From Gemmatimonadota bacterium (GTDB taxonomy: Bacteria > Latescibacterota > UBA2968 > UBA8231): a stretch of 64,000 nucleotides of DNA. Shown in pieces: positions 1 to 8,228 of this stretch (position 1 is the first letter of the stretch; each line of letters begins with the position of its first letter). Made by a program: the position numbers and the translations under genes. Location of the stretch: the NCBI GenBank assembly GCA_028875345.1, contig JAPPEG010000314.1, positions 6,505-70,504 of the forward strand, in the 5' to 3' direction. The notes below the pieces were generated by a model. The model was not told where the DNA came from and searched no databases. It saw only the letters and a list, made by a program, of their open reading frames with translations.

Positions 1-1160
1 GGATCCACTTGGCCTTGGGCCAGCCCGAAGAAGCGGTCCAATTCTACGAAATGGCCGTGGCCCTCGAATCCGATCAACCTGAATGGCTCGTCGCTTTGGG
101 CAATGTGCATCTGAAGCTGAGCCGCTACGACGAAGCTCACGCCGCGTTTGCCGCGGCCTTGGCCTTGGACTCGACGTACGCGCCAGCGCGGCGCAACAAA
201 GCGGCGGTGTACAGCAAGCAGGGGCGGTTGGGCGACGCCGCGCACGAATACGAGCGCGCCTTGGCGCTGCGGCCCGAACACCTCCACACCCGCTTCAACC
301 TCGGGCTGGTGTACTCCAGCTTGGGCCGCTATGCAGACGCCAGCGAGGCCCTGCAACAGGTCTTGGTGGCAGCGCCGGAAAACGCGCGTGCGCTCTACGC
401 AATGGGGGAGATCAAACTCCAAGAGGGCGATGACGAGGGGGCCGTCGAGTACTTTGAGCGCACGCTGGCAGCCGACACCACCTATGCGGAGGCACATCTG
501 CAACTGGGGAGGATTCAGATGGGCCAAAACGATCTTGCGGCTGCGACCGAGCGCTTCCGCCAAGCCATTCTAATCGAACCTGGGCTGGCCGAGTCCTTCC
601 GTCTGCTGGGCCAGATTCACCTGCGACAGGGCCGCGAGACAGCCGGAGAAAAATCCTTCGCCGCTTACGAAAAAGTCAAGCAGGTCGAGGGGGATATCCA
701 GCGCTATCGCGAGCGGCTGCGCAGCGATCCAGACGACGCCGACGCCCATTACAGTTTAGGTTTTATGTACAACCGCTTGGGGTTTACCGGCGTGGCTCTG
801 CCGCACTACGCCCAAGCCGTGCGGATCAATCCCGGCCATGTGCAGGCGCTGAACAACATGGGCAACATTTACTTGCGCACTGGACATTTCGATCAAGCGG
901 CAGCGGCATATCAGCAGATCATCGAACAAGACCCCGAGCACGTGGCCGCCTTTGCGGCCCTCGGACAGGTCTATTTGAATCAGCAGCGCACGGATGAGGC
1001 CATCGCCGTGCTCAATCGTGCCCTCGCGCTCGACGAAAACTGGCTCGGTGCTCACCAAGCCTTGGCCGAAGCCTACAAGCGGCTGGGGCAGATTGCCAAA
1101 AGCGAAGAACACAAACGCATGGCCGACGCCTTGCTTAGAAAGCAGAAAGATGATCAATAA
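1..1160 (+). CDS. TPR repeat protein, 5' end outside window
   Basis: The reading frame is open to the window edge. It contains repeated ~34-aa Ala/Leu/Tyr-rich units (e.g. ALALDSTYAPARRNKAAVYSKQGRLGDA, AVRINPGHVQALNNMGNIYLRTGHFDQA) typical of TPR. The stop is at 1158-1160. Confidence 0.8.
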   Translation, partial: IHLALGQPEEAVQFYEMAVALESDQPEWLVALGNVHLKLSRYDEAHAAFAAALALDSTYAPARRNKAAVYSKQGRLGDAAHEYERALALRPEHLHTRFNLGLVYSSLGRYADASEALQQVLVAAPENARALYAMGEIKLQEGDDEGAVEYFERTLAADTTYAEAHLQLGRIQMGQNDLAAATERFRQAILIEPGLAESFRLLGQIHLRQGRETAGEKSFAAYEKVKQVEGDIQRYRERLRSDPDDADAHYSLGFMYNRLGFTGVALPHYAQAVRINPGHVQALNNMGNIYLRTGHFDQAAAAYQQIIEQDPEHVAAFAALGQVYLNQQRTDEAIAVLNRALALDENWLGAHQALAEAYKRLGQIAKSEEHKRMADALLRKQKDDQ

Positions 1161-2892
1161 CGCGAGAAAATGGGTAGGGCTTGCAGTCTGCACATTCCTT
1201 TTTTGTTGTGCCCAAGAGCCAGCGGCCCCGGTCGCCGAGGGTGGTGGTTTAGTGGTGACTGGTACTGCCTTGGCCCAAGTCGGCGACGATCTAATTGACG
1301 AACGCGAATTCCGCCGCTACGAAGCCCGGATCCAACCGCAGCATCGCTCTTTGGCACAAGGCGTGGAAAAGCATCGCGAGCACCTGATGAGTTTGATCGA
1401 CATCAAGCTCATGGTGCGCGAGGCGTACGCACGAGGACTGGACAAAAACCCCGAATGGATCAAGGCTGTGGAACTCGCCCAGCACAAGGCCATGATCGAA
1501 GCCTATCTGCGCGAGCAAGTTGGTCTGCAAATCGAGATTTCCGAAGACGAGTTGCGAGCCAATTTTGCCGCGCATCCAGCCCGCCACGCTGTGCGTGGGG
1601 CGCACATCCTGCTCGACAGTCGCGTTCGCGCCGATTCCATCTACGCGGAGATCGAATCCGGCCGGGCTACTTTTGAGGACATGGCGCGCAAGCACTCGCT
1701 GGACGAGGAGACTGCGGCCGATGGGGGCTGGTTTGATTCGTACTATGCCTTCGACCGGGTCTCAGACCGAGTGTACGAGCGGGTGTTCTCGTTGGACGTA
1801 GGCGAGGTAAGCCAGCCCTTCCGCACACCCCAAGGCTGGGAAATCGCCAAGGTAGTAGATAAGAAATTGGTGCCTTTTGAGAAGTATCGCACGGTGATCC
1901 AGCGGGCGACTTTTCTAGAAAAAATCGAGACCTTGCGCAGCGATCACATCGATAAGCTAGTCGTCGAGAGTGGCTTGCGCCCGGTGGGGGAACAGGTGCG
2001 GCGCTTTGTCGCGGCTTGGAACCAACAGCCTGGTGCGCCGCAGCTAACACCCGAGGAGTGGGCCGCCCCGCTCTACGAATATGATGGCGGCATCATCACC
2101 ATGCAGCAGGGCAGCAACTTGTTGCACAATACGCGGCTGGGCCGCGCCCAAATCGACAGCGCCGTGCTCGACGACCGCGTGCGTCGCCGTGGGGCACCAG
2201 ACCTGCTGTTGGGCTTGGCGGCCGAGCGCGGAGGATACGCCGAGCGGCCCCAGGTGGGGGAGAAGGTGACAGCCGAAAAGGAGCGACTGCTGCTGCAAGG
2301 ACTGTGGGAAGAGCTGCTTGAAGACGCCTTAGAGGTGAGCGAAGAGGAAGCGCGCGCCCACTACGAGGCGCATTCAGAAATGTACTGGGCACCAGAAGAA
2401 ATCGTCGTCCAAGAGATCATGGTTGCCGATGAGTCACTCGCCCAAGAGCTGCTGGAGCAAATTCGCAACGGGGCCGATATGGCCGCGCTGGCAACCAAAC
2501 ACAGCATCCGCCGCGATGCGGATGAAAACGGTGGCCTCTACGCGTTGCGCGCATTTGAAAAGATCATTTACAAGGAGCTGATGGACGCGGCCTTATCCGC
2601 GCCCGAAAGAGAGTTGCAAGGTCCGATTGAACTAGTCGATCCCTTGCCGACTTCTCTGCGCGATCCTCAGCCTTTGGAACGGGCCTTTTCAATCTTCAAG
2701 GTCTTGCAGCGTCAGCCTAAGCGAGTGCAAGAATACGAACCGAGCCAACAGAAGGCCCACTATTTGGCCCGCCAAGAAAAACAACAGCGCGAATTGCGCA
2801 CCCTCAACTTGCAGTTGCGCGACAAATGGCACGATGCATGGGGCATCAACGCCGACGCGCTCGAAAAGTACGCGCTCGCCAAGCCTTTATAA
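1150..2892 (+). CDS. Parvulin-type peptidyl-prolyl isomerase lipoprotein (SurA/PrsA/PpiD-like)
   Basis: The ATG at 1150 overlaps the TPR stop (ATGATCAATAA). It has a lipoprotein-like signal (VGLAVCTFLFCCAQ) and a rotamase block GAHILL..FEDMARKHS..GGW..VGEVSQPFRTPQGWEIAKV, plus a second degenerate copy (VVQEIMV..ATKHS..NGGLYAL). The track ORF start at 994 is an out-of-context extension through the TPR gene. Confidence 0.75.
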   Translation: MINNARKWVGLAVCTFLFCCAQEPAAPVAEGGGLVVTGTALAQVGDDLIDEREFRRYEARIQPQHRSLAQGVEKHREHLMSLIDIKLMVREAYARGLDKNPEWIKAVELAQHKAMIEAYLREQVGLQIEISEDELRANFAAHPARHAVRGAHILLDSRVRADSIYAEIESGRATFEDMARKHSLDEETAADGGWFDSYYAFDRVSDRVYERVFSLDVGEVSQPFRTPQGWEIAKVVDKKLVPFEKYRTVIQRATFLEKIETLRSDHIDKLVVESGLRPVGEQVRRFVAAWNQQPGAPQLTPEEWAAPLYEYDGGIITMQQGSNLLHNTRLGRAQIDSAVLDDRVRRRGAPDLLLGLAAERGGYAERPQVGEKVTAEKERLLLQGLWEELLEDALEVSEEEARAHYEAHSEMYWAPEEIVVQEIMVADESLAQELLEQIRNGADMAALATKHSIRRDADENGGLYALRAFEKIIYKELMDAALSAPERELQGPIELVDPLPTSLRDPQPLERAFSIFKVLQRQPKRVQEYEPSQQKAHYLARQEKQQRELRTLNLQLRDKWHDAWGINADALEKYALAKPL

Positions 2893-2923
2893 AAAGAAAA
2901 CAGTGCCGCTTTCGTAAATTTTT

Positions 2924-2945
2924 TATACTATATCTATCTAGTATA
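2924..2945. promoter_or_regulatory. AT-rich inverted repeat just upstream of the first discoidin/type-B-CTD gene
   Basis: TATACTA-tatctatc-TAGTATA has 7-bp perfect arms and lies 15 nt upstream of the ATG at 2960. It sits in the only AT-rich gap of the 1-15 kb region and contains a TATACT -10-like hexamer. Confidence 0.35.
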
Positions 2946-2959
2946 TCGGGGGTAAAACC

Positions 2960-5005
2960 ATGAAACGTCTATCGAATTTGTGGCTTTGGTTCCTCGCCGC
3001 AGCATCAGCTACGGGCGCGGCGGCGGACATTTCTTTGTGGCAGATCGGCGGCAGCGGCCTTCGCTGGGCCGATAGCGACTCGGCCCAGGTAATGATTGAC
3101 TTTGCAGGAACGAACAACTCGATTCAGCCGGTGCTGGTCAGCTCGGATACGACGGTCTTTCTCCTGCTCGAAAATTGGTCGCCGAAAAAGGCTCCGGACG
3201 AGCTAGGTTTTGTCGATGGCGAGCGGCCCCGAGCCTGGAAGGGTTGCTGCGGCACCTCATCGACGGTTGACAATGCGCTCAACCTCATCGACGGCAGCGG
3301 CAAGACGTACAATCCGGTGACCAGCAACAGCATTAACAGCGAGTACTACACCATTGATTTGGGCGTGCCGGTGCCGTTGTTCCGCTTTGCTATGAGCACG
3401 CCGGACAAGGGATTTTTCCGCTCGGACGGGACCCCGCTAGAGGAAGACGCCATCCCGGCCTTTGAGGTGTCGATCGCCCCAGACACCAACAACGACGTGC
3501 TGAACACGTCCAACCCCATCGGGGAAGTTATCGTCGAGGCGCGCGAAAATGTCGTCCCCAAGATCGCGGCTGATTTTCCCTTGCAATACGTGCGCTACGT
3601 GCGCTATAAGCGCAAGAATTCGATCCTCGACGAGGCGACGAATCAGTCGTCTGGGCATTCGGGCACGGCGCGCAAGGGGACGGTGGCTGAGTTCTTCCTC
3701 TGGGGAGAGGGAATCCCCAAGCGGGCCACGTACAAGACGACTATTTTCGATCTTGGCACAGTCGTCAACTTCGGGCGGCTGTTCTGGAAGGCCACGCCCA
3801 TGCGCCTAGTCAACGGCGTGGCCGAGGAAGCCCCGGACGCCAACGTGCAGATCGAGGTTGAAGCGCGCACCGGAATCGACTCGAATCCAGATGTCTACTA
3901 CGAGTTCACGGATATGGGAACGCGCGTCGTCGTCGAGCAACAACGCTATCAGGGCGTGCTGAAAAACCAGAGCGCGGCCGTTACTAATGCCGACGGGCTG
4001 GGCGGCACTCTGACCCTTTCCACTCGGCCCAAGCCGGGGCTCCGCGCCGGCATTGAGTACGACCAACAAAACTGGACGTTCTGGTCTTTTCCGACCACTG
4101 AGTCCGACCGACCCCTCAACCTCAACCGGGGGTCGCATCTGCAGATCAAAGTGGTGCTGCACAGCGAGCGATTCGACGAATTCGTGCGCCTCGATTCTCT
4201 GTGGATTGAGACCTCGCCGATCTTGGCCAGCCGCGTCGTAGCTGAAGTGGCCGAACTCGGCCAGCCCAATCCAGCGCGCGGCGTGGCCGAGGTGGCCTTG
4301 GGCGAAAGGACGGACTTCACCTACGACATCAAGGCGGAATTCGCGGCCGGTGAGGTGGGTTTTGACGCCCTGCGGATTAGCACGGGCAGCGCACAAAACG
4401 AGTTCAAATCGCTGGAAATGGATGGGGTTACAACCGACCCGGCTGGAGTCGCGGTTGAGGACGACGGCTTTGTCGTGCAGTTGCCGCAGCGCATAAGCAG
4501 TGCCCACAATCCGGATTTGCGGGTGACCTTTGCCGCCGAAGTCTTCGACTTTGCACGAACTTTTGAGGGCGAGGTTTTCAACACCGACAGTGCCGATCTG
4601 CCGCAGCCAGTGGAGGGTGGGGACGTCAGCAATGCGATCGGTACCAATAGCCTGCGAGTCTTGGCTGCGAGCGCAGCCAATCCGCAATTAGTGCAAGATG
4701 TGCAGTTTTCCAGCGGCGTGATCACCCCCAACGGCGATGGGGTCAACGACGAGTTGGTCATTTCCTACTCGCTCTTCGCGTTGCCGCAATCGGTGCCGGT
4801 ACAGTTGCAAGTGTTTTCGCTGGCCGGTCGTCAGGTGGCGCAAGTCCAGCGCGGCCAGCAGGGGTCCGGGCCTCAGCAATTGCACTGGGATGGTCGCGAC
4901 CAGCGCGGTGAGACGCTCGTTCCGGGCCTTTACCTTTTGGGCATCGGCATCGAAGCCGAAGACAAGAGTGCCCTACAATTGCGGCCCATTAACATCGCTT
5001 ACTGA
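2960..5005 (+). CDS. Secreted discoidin-like protein with T9SS type-B-like C-terminal domain (paralog A, most divergent)
   Basis: Signal peptide MKRLSNLWLWFLAAASATGAAA. Discoidin-like block NLIDGSGKTYNP..YYTIDLGVPVPLFRF..YVRYVRY. The C-terminus is VITPNGDGVNDELVISY..VFSLAGRQV..WDGRDQRGETLVPGLYLL..INIAY. Confidence 0.8.
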   Translation: MKRLSNLWLWFLAAASATGAAADISLWQIGGSGLRWADSDSAQVMIDFAGTNNSIQPVLVSSDTTVFLLLENWSPKKAPDELGFVDGERPRAWKGCCGTSSTVDNALNLIDGSGKTYNPVTSNSINSEYYTIDLGVPVPLFRFAMSTPDKGFFRSDGTPLEEDAIPAFEVSIAPDTNNDVLNTSNPIGEVIVEARENVVPKIAADFPLQYVRYVRYKRKNSILDEATNQSSGHSGTARKGTVAEFFLWGEGIPKRATYKTTIFDLGTVVNFGRLFWKATPMRLVNGVAEEAPDANVQIEVEARTGIDSNPDVYYEFTDMGTRVVVEQQRYQGVLKNQSAAVTNADGLGGTLTLSTRPKPGLRAGIEYDQQNWTFWSFPTTESDRPLNLNRGSHLQIKVVLHSERFDEFVRLDSLWIETSPILASRVVAEVAELGQPNPARGVAEVALGERTDFTYDIKAEFAAGEVGFDALRISTGSAQNEFKSLEMDGVTTDPAGVAVEDDGFVVQLPQRISSAHNPDLRVTFAAEVFDFARTFEGEVFNTDSADLPQPVEGGDVSNAIGTNSLRVLAASAANPQLVQDVQFSSGVITPNGDGVNDELVISYSLFALPQSVPVQLQVFSLAGRQVAQVQRGQQGSGPQQLHWDGRDQRGETLVPGLYLLGIGIEAEDKSALQLRPINIAY

Positions 5006-5016
5006 GGAAATCACTC

Positions 5017-7473
5017 ATGTCCAATCGCGCCATCGCCTTAGTGATGATACTCGCCTGCTACGCGCACGCCGAGTTTCTCACCTTTGACCGCCAAGAGGCT
5101 TGGGAGGCCAACTGGTCGCTCAAGCCGCAGTTAAACATCTTCACTCCAGAGGGGCACTTGGGGCTGCTCAAGTTCCGCAAGGACATCAACGCCGCGCTCG
5201 ATGCCCATCTCTTCGTCCACCCGACCAATGAGCGTGGGGATGTGGCCGGTGGCATTTGGTCTGCGCTGAGTAACCCGAACGACGCTCCTCGAATCATCGA
5301 CGGGGATGACGTCACCTTTTGGCAGCCAGCCGGCAGCGATCCGCTCGACAAGTGGATCGTGCAAATCGACTTGGGCCGCGCGGTACTGGCCAAAGAGATC
5401 CGCATCCACTTTCCCGATGAAGAGGGGGCCAAACCCTTCCGCCAGTTCAGCGTCTTCGCCTCTACAGGTGCCCACGTGGCGGCTTTAGAGGATGTATATC
5501 GCTTCGCGCCGGTCTATCGCACAACTAAACCCAACTTGGATACGTATATCAGCTTTGGGTTCAAGCCGGCCGTGGAGGATACCACCCGTGCTGTGGAACA
5601 ACTAAGCGGTGCCGGAGGCAGCGCGGACTTTACCGCTCCAGAGTTTACTGGTGATGCCAATACCGCCACCACGGGAGGACGCAACAAGGTAGTGGCTACC
5701 GGCCAAGCGGATTCGCGGGTGGCCGTTAACTCTAGGTGGCAGATGATCCAGTTCATCCGCTTCCTCGTCGATGAGCACCAGCTCGACGGCGCGCTTGCCG
5801 AGATCGAGGTCATTGCCGTTGGTGACAACATCAGCCTTGGGGTCGAGGAAAAGGGTGGCACATACGTCAATGGATCGCGGGCGACCGATCCCTTCTTTTG
5901 GCTCGACGGAGATCTTAATACGTACGGGGTCATCGAGGTGCATCAGCAGTTTACCGAGTCGCGCGGCACGGCCCTTGAAGGGGGTTTGTGGTGGCAGGTG
6001 GATCTGGGAGCGACCTACTGGGTGGATGACGCGTTCGTCTATTGGCAAAAGGCTGGTGAGCGTCTGGCCGATTTCCGCTTGGGTACCAATAATGCCGGCA
6101 CAGGGTACACTTTCTTCTCTTCTGACGGCACCAAGACCCTGTCTGGCGACATCGACTTTAATACGTGGATTTTTGAACCGGAGTGGACCAATGCTCGCGA
6201 GCAATACAAGCGGCACTACCGGTATTTGTTCAATCCGCGCAAGGTGCGGCACATCTTCTGGCTGGCCCTGCACGACTTGGGCTGGCGCGCCCATCCCATG
6301 GAGCTACAGATGTTCTCCCCAGGCCACCCGGCCGAAGTCGTGATCCAATCCAATTTTTTAGATCTGAGCGCGCTCGCTGGCGATGGGCAGCCCAAGGTGA
6401 TCAAGGCCATCCACTACGACGCTGACCTGCCGCCCAATACTCAGATCGAACTGCGTTCCCGCTCGGGCAACGAGATGGGCGAGGTGTACACCTTTCACAA
6501 CAAGATCGGCGAGGTAGTAACTGAGGAGAAGTGGAACAGCTCGCCCAAGGTACTGCGGGGCCGAGTGGATACCTCGGTCGTTGTCGGGGAGGCTTGGAGC
6601 GAGTGGAGCAACGTGTACAAGCTGTCGGGCGAGCCTTTTAAGTCGGATTCGCCGCGCAAATTCGTGCAATTAGAGCTGGTTATGAGCACGGAAGATCCCG
6701 AGGTGGCTCCCACGGTACGCGCGGTCGAGTTGGAATTCGTCGATGCGCTGGTCAACGAGGCACGCGGGTCGATTCTGCCCCGCCAAGCTAAGCCCAACGA
6801 GGATACCCGTTTCACCTATATGCTGTGGCCGTCCGTGACCGCGGAGAACACAGGTTTTGATCGCCTGCGCTTGGTCGTGCCCGACTTGGTGCGGGCCGAT
6901 GAAGTCGAGGTGACAGTCGCTGGTCAGATGGTTGCGCCGACGGCTATGGGCATTGCCGCGGATTCGCTGTTGATCGACTTGCCACAGGTGGTTCAAGGGG
7001 ACTCCGTGCAGGTCGCCTTCACCACGCGGTTAGTGCGGAACGCCGCAGTTGTAGATGCCGATCTGGGTCTGAGCGACGCGCCCGGCCTGTGGCAAGACGT
7101 CGAGCCGGCCGAGCGCCGGTCCAACGTAGTGCTCTTGCCCGAACTGGCCGACAGCGACCGCTTGATTGGCGACTTACAGCTTTCGAGCCGCGTACTCACG
7201 CCCAATGGCGATGGAGTCAACGACGCTGTGGAGTTGAGCTTTGTCGTCTTCAAGGCCCAAGATGCGGTGCCCATAGTCGAGGTGAGTGACTTGGTCGGCC
7301 GGCCCGTGGCCCAATTGACGCCGGTCACAGAGGGGCCGACCCGCCGCTTTACGTGGAATGGTCAAGATGCGGGCGGTGCCACTGTGCCCCCGGGCATCTA
7401 TCTCTGGCGCATAGACGTAAACGCAGACTCAGGCGACGCCATTGAGCTGCGCGTCGTCGAGGTGGCGTACTGA
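5017..7473 (+). CDS. Secreted double discoidin-like protein with T9SS type-B-like CTD (paralog B)
   Basis: Signal MSNRAIALVMILACYAHA. Discoidin-like blocks IIDGDDVTFWQP..WIVQIDLGRAVLAKEIRIHFPDEEGAKPFRQFSVF and WWQVDLGATYWVDDAFVYW. The C-terminus is LTPNGDGVNDAVELSF..WNGQDAGGATVPPGIYLWRI..VEVAY. GAGGAA lies upstream of the ATG. Confidence 0.8.
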   Translation: MSNRAIALVMILACYAHAEFLTFDRQEAWEANWSLKPQLNIFTPEGHLGLLKFRKDINAALDAHLFVHPTNERGDVAGGIWSALSNPNDAPRIIDGDDVTFWQPAGSDPLDKWIVQIDLGRAVLAKEIRIHFPDEEGAKPFRQFSVFASTGAHVAALEDVYRFAPVYRTTKPNLDTYISFGFKPAVEDTTRAVEQLSGAGGSADFTAPEFTGDANTATTGGRNKVVATGQADSRVAVNSRWQMIQFIRFLVDEHQLDGALAEIEVIAVGDNISLGVEEKGGTYVNGSRATDPFFWLDGDLNTYGVIEVHQQFTESRGTALEGGLWWQVDLGATYWVDDAFVYWQKAGERLADFRLGTNNAGTGYTFFSSDGTKTLSGDIDFNTWIFEPEWTNAREQYKRHYRYLFNPRKVRHIFWLALHDLGWRAHPMELQMFSPGHPAEVVIQSNFLDLSALAGDGQPKVIKAIHYDADLPPNTQIELRSRSGNEMGEVYTFHNKIGEVVTEEKWNSSPKVLRGRVDTSVVVGEAWSEWSNVYKLSGEPFKSDSPRKFVQLELVMSTEDPEVAPTVRAVELEFVDALVNEARGSILPRQAKPNEDTRFTYMLWPSVTAENTGFDRLRLVVPDLVRADEVEVTVAGQMVAPTAMGIAADSLLIDLPQVVQGDSVQVAFTTRLVRNAAVVDADLGLSDAPGLWQDVEPAERRSNVVLLPELADSDRLIGDLQLSSRVLTPNGDGVNDAVELSFVVFKAQDAVPIVEVSDLVGRPVAQLTPVTEGPTRRFTWNGQDAGGATVPPGIYLWRIDVNADSGDAIELRVVEVAY

Positions 7474-7508
7474 ACGAATCTGCAACGGCCCGATGGAGTT
7501 TGCTTGCC

Positions 7509-8171
7509 ATGTTGAACATTGTGAGAATTTCCTCGCTAGTTGTATTCACCATCCTCACAGCTTGCGCCCAAGGATCGGGCATGACCACCAAGCGCCAGTT
7601 GAACTTATCTGAGCGTGGGGTATCAGCGATTCCTCCCAGCATTACCGAGGGACAGGTCGGGCCTTTGCTGATACGGGGCCGCAGTGCATATCAGGCCGAA
7701 GTTGAAAGGACGATAGAGCGGGCCCAATCCGTGCCTATGGAAAATTCTGGTCTATTCGCCTTTTTCGGCACTGTTAATAAAAGCTATCTCCGATCGCAGG
7801 TGACAGACCTCCATCTGGAGATCATCCCCCGTATCATCAGGGAATTGCAAAGTCAAGGAGATGCCTTTGCGAACAAAAATGTATCGCCTGAGTTCGCGGT
7901 CTCATTTGTGGTAACAGACCTCCATTTCTGGCAAAAAATAACCCCGTCCCAAGTAATCACTATGAACCATCGGGCGGGCCACGGCCACATGCACTTGGAG
8001 CTAGAAATAAGGCGCTTGGCAACCAACGAGGTGGAAGCGACGCATGTTCTGATCGGGCAGGTGGAAAAACCCGAGGCAGCCGGCGTGTACACTGTGGATG
8101 ACCTACTCGATGAGGTCGCACAGCAGACGGGTGAGACTGTCGTAGAATTCATGAGGTCGTTGGAACTGTAA
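7509..8171 (+). CDS. Small lipoprotein of unknown function, low-GC gene inside the paralog array
   Basis: Lipobox LTAC in MLNIVRISSLVVFTILTACAQGSG. There is an alternative TTG start at 7500. Local 60-nt stretches are about 42-45% GC against about 60% in the flanks, counted by hand on two lines. Confidence 0.6.
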   Translation: MLNIVRISSLVVFTILTACAQGSGMTTKRQLNLSERGVSAIPPSITEGQVGPLLIRGRSAYQAEVERTIERAQSVPMENSGLFAFFGTVNKSYLRSQVTDLHLEIIPRIIRELQSQGDAFANKNVSPEFAVSFVVTDLHFWQKITPSQVITMNHRAGHGHMHLELEIRRLATNEVEATHVLIGQVEKPEAAGVYTVDDLLDEVAQQTGETVVEFMRSLEL

Positions 8172-8228
8172 AACCTTCTGGTGATGGGAAGTTTTACTTC
8201 AATATCAACGGGGCTTGCAGTAGCATGC

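Noticed and set aside
1-6. GGATCC at the very first bases
   Set aside because: It is probably a cloning or record boundary, not a biological feature. Further GGATCC sites occur inside the window (I noted about ten, e.g. near 11065, 19855, 32748, 58976), so it indicates a partial digest at most.
994-1149. N-terminal extensions offered by the ORF track (also 29092-29211, 29922-30149, 33018-33113, 41948-42112, 62113-62280, 36933-36977, 51377-51466)
   Set aside because: These extensions overlap the preceding gene or a promoter. They encode Arg/Pro-rich off-frame-like sequence. In each case an internal start with an RBS and a family-typical N-terminus is available.
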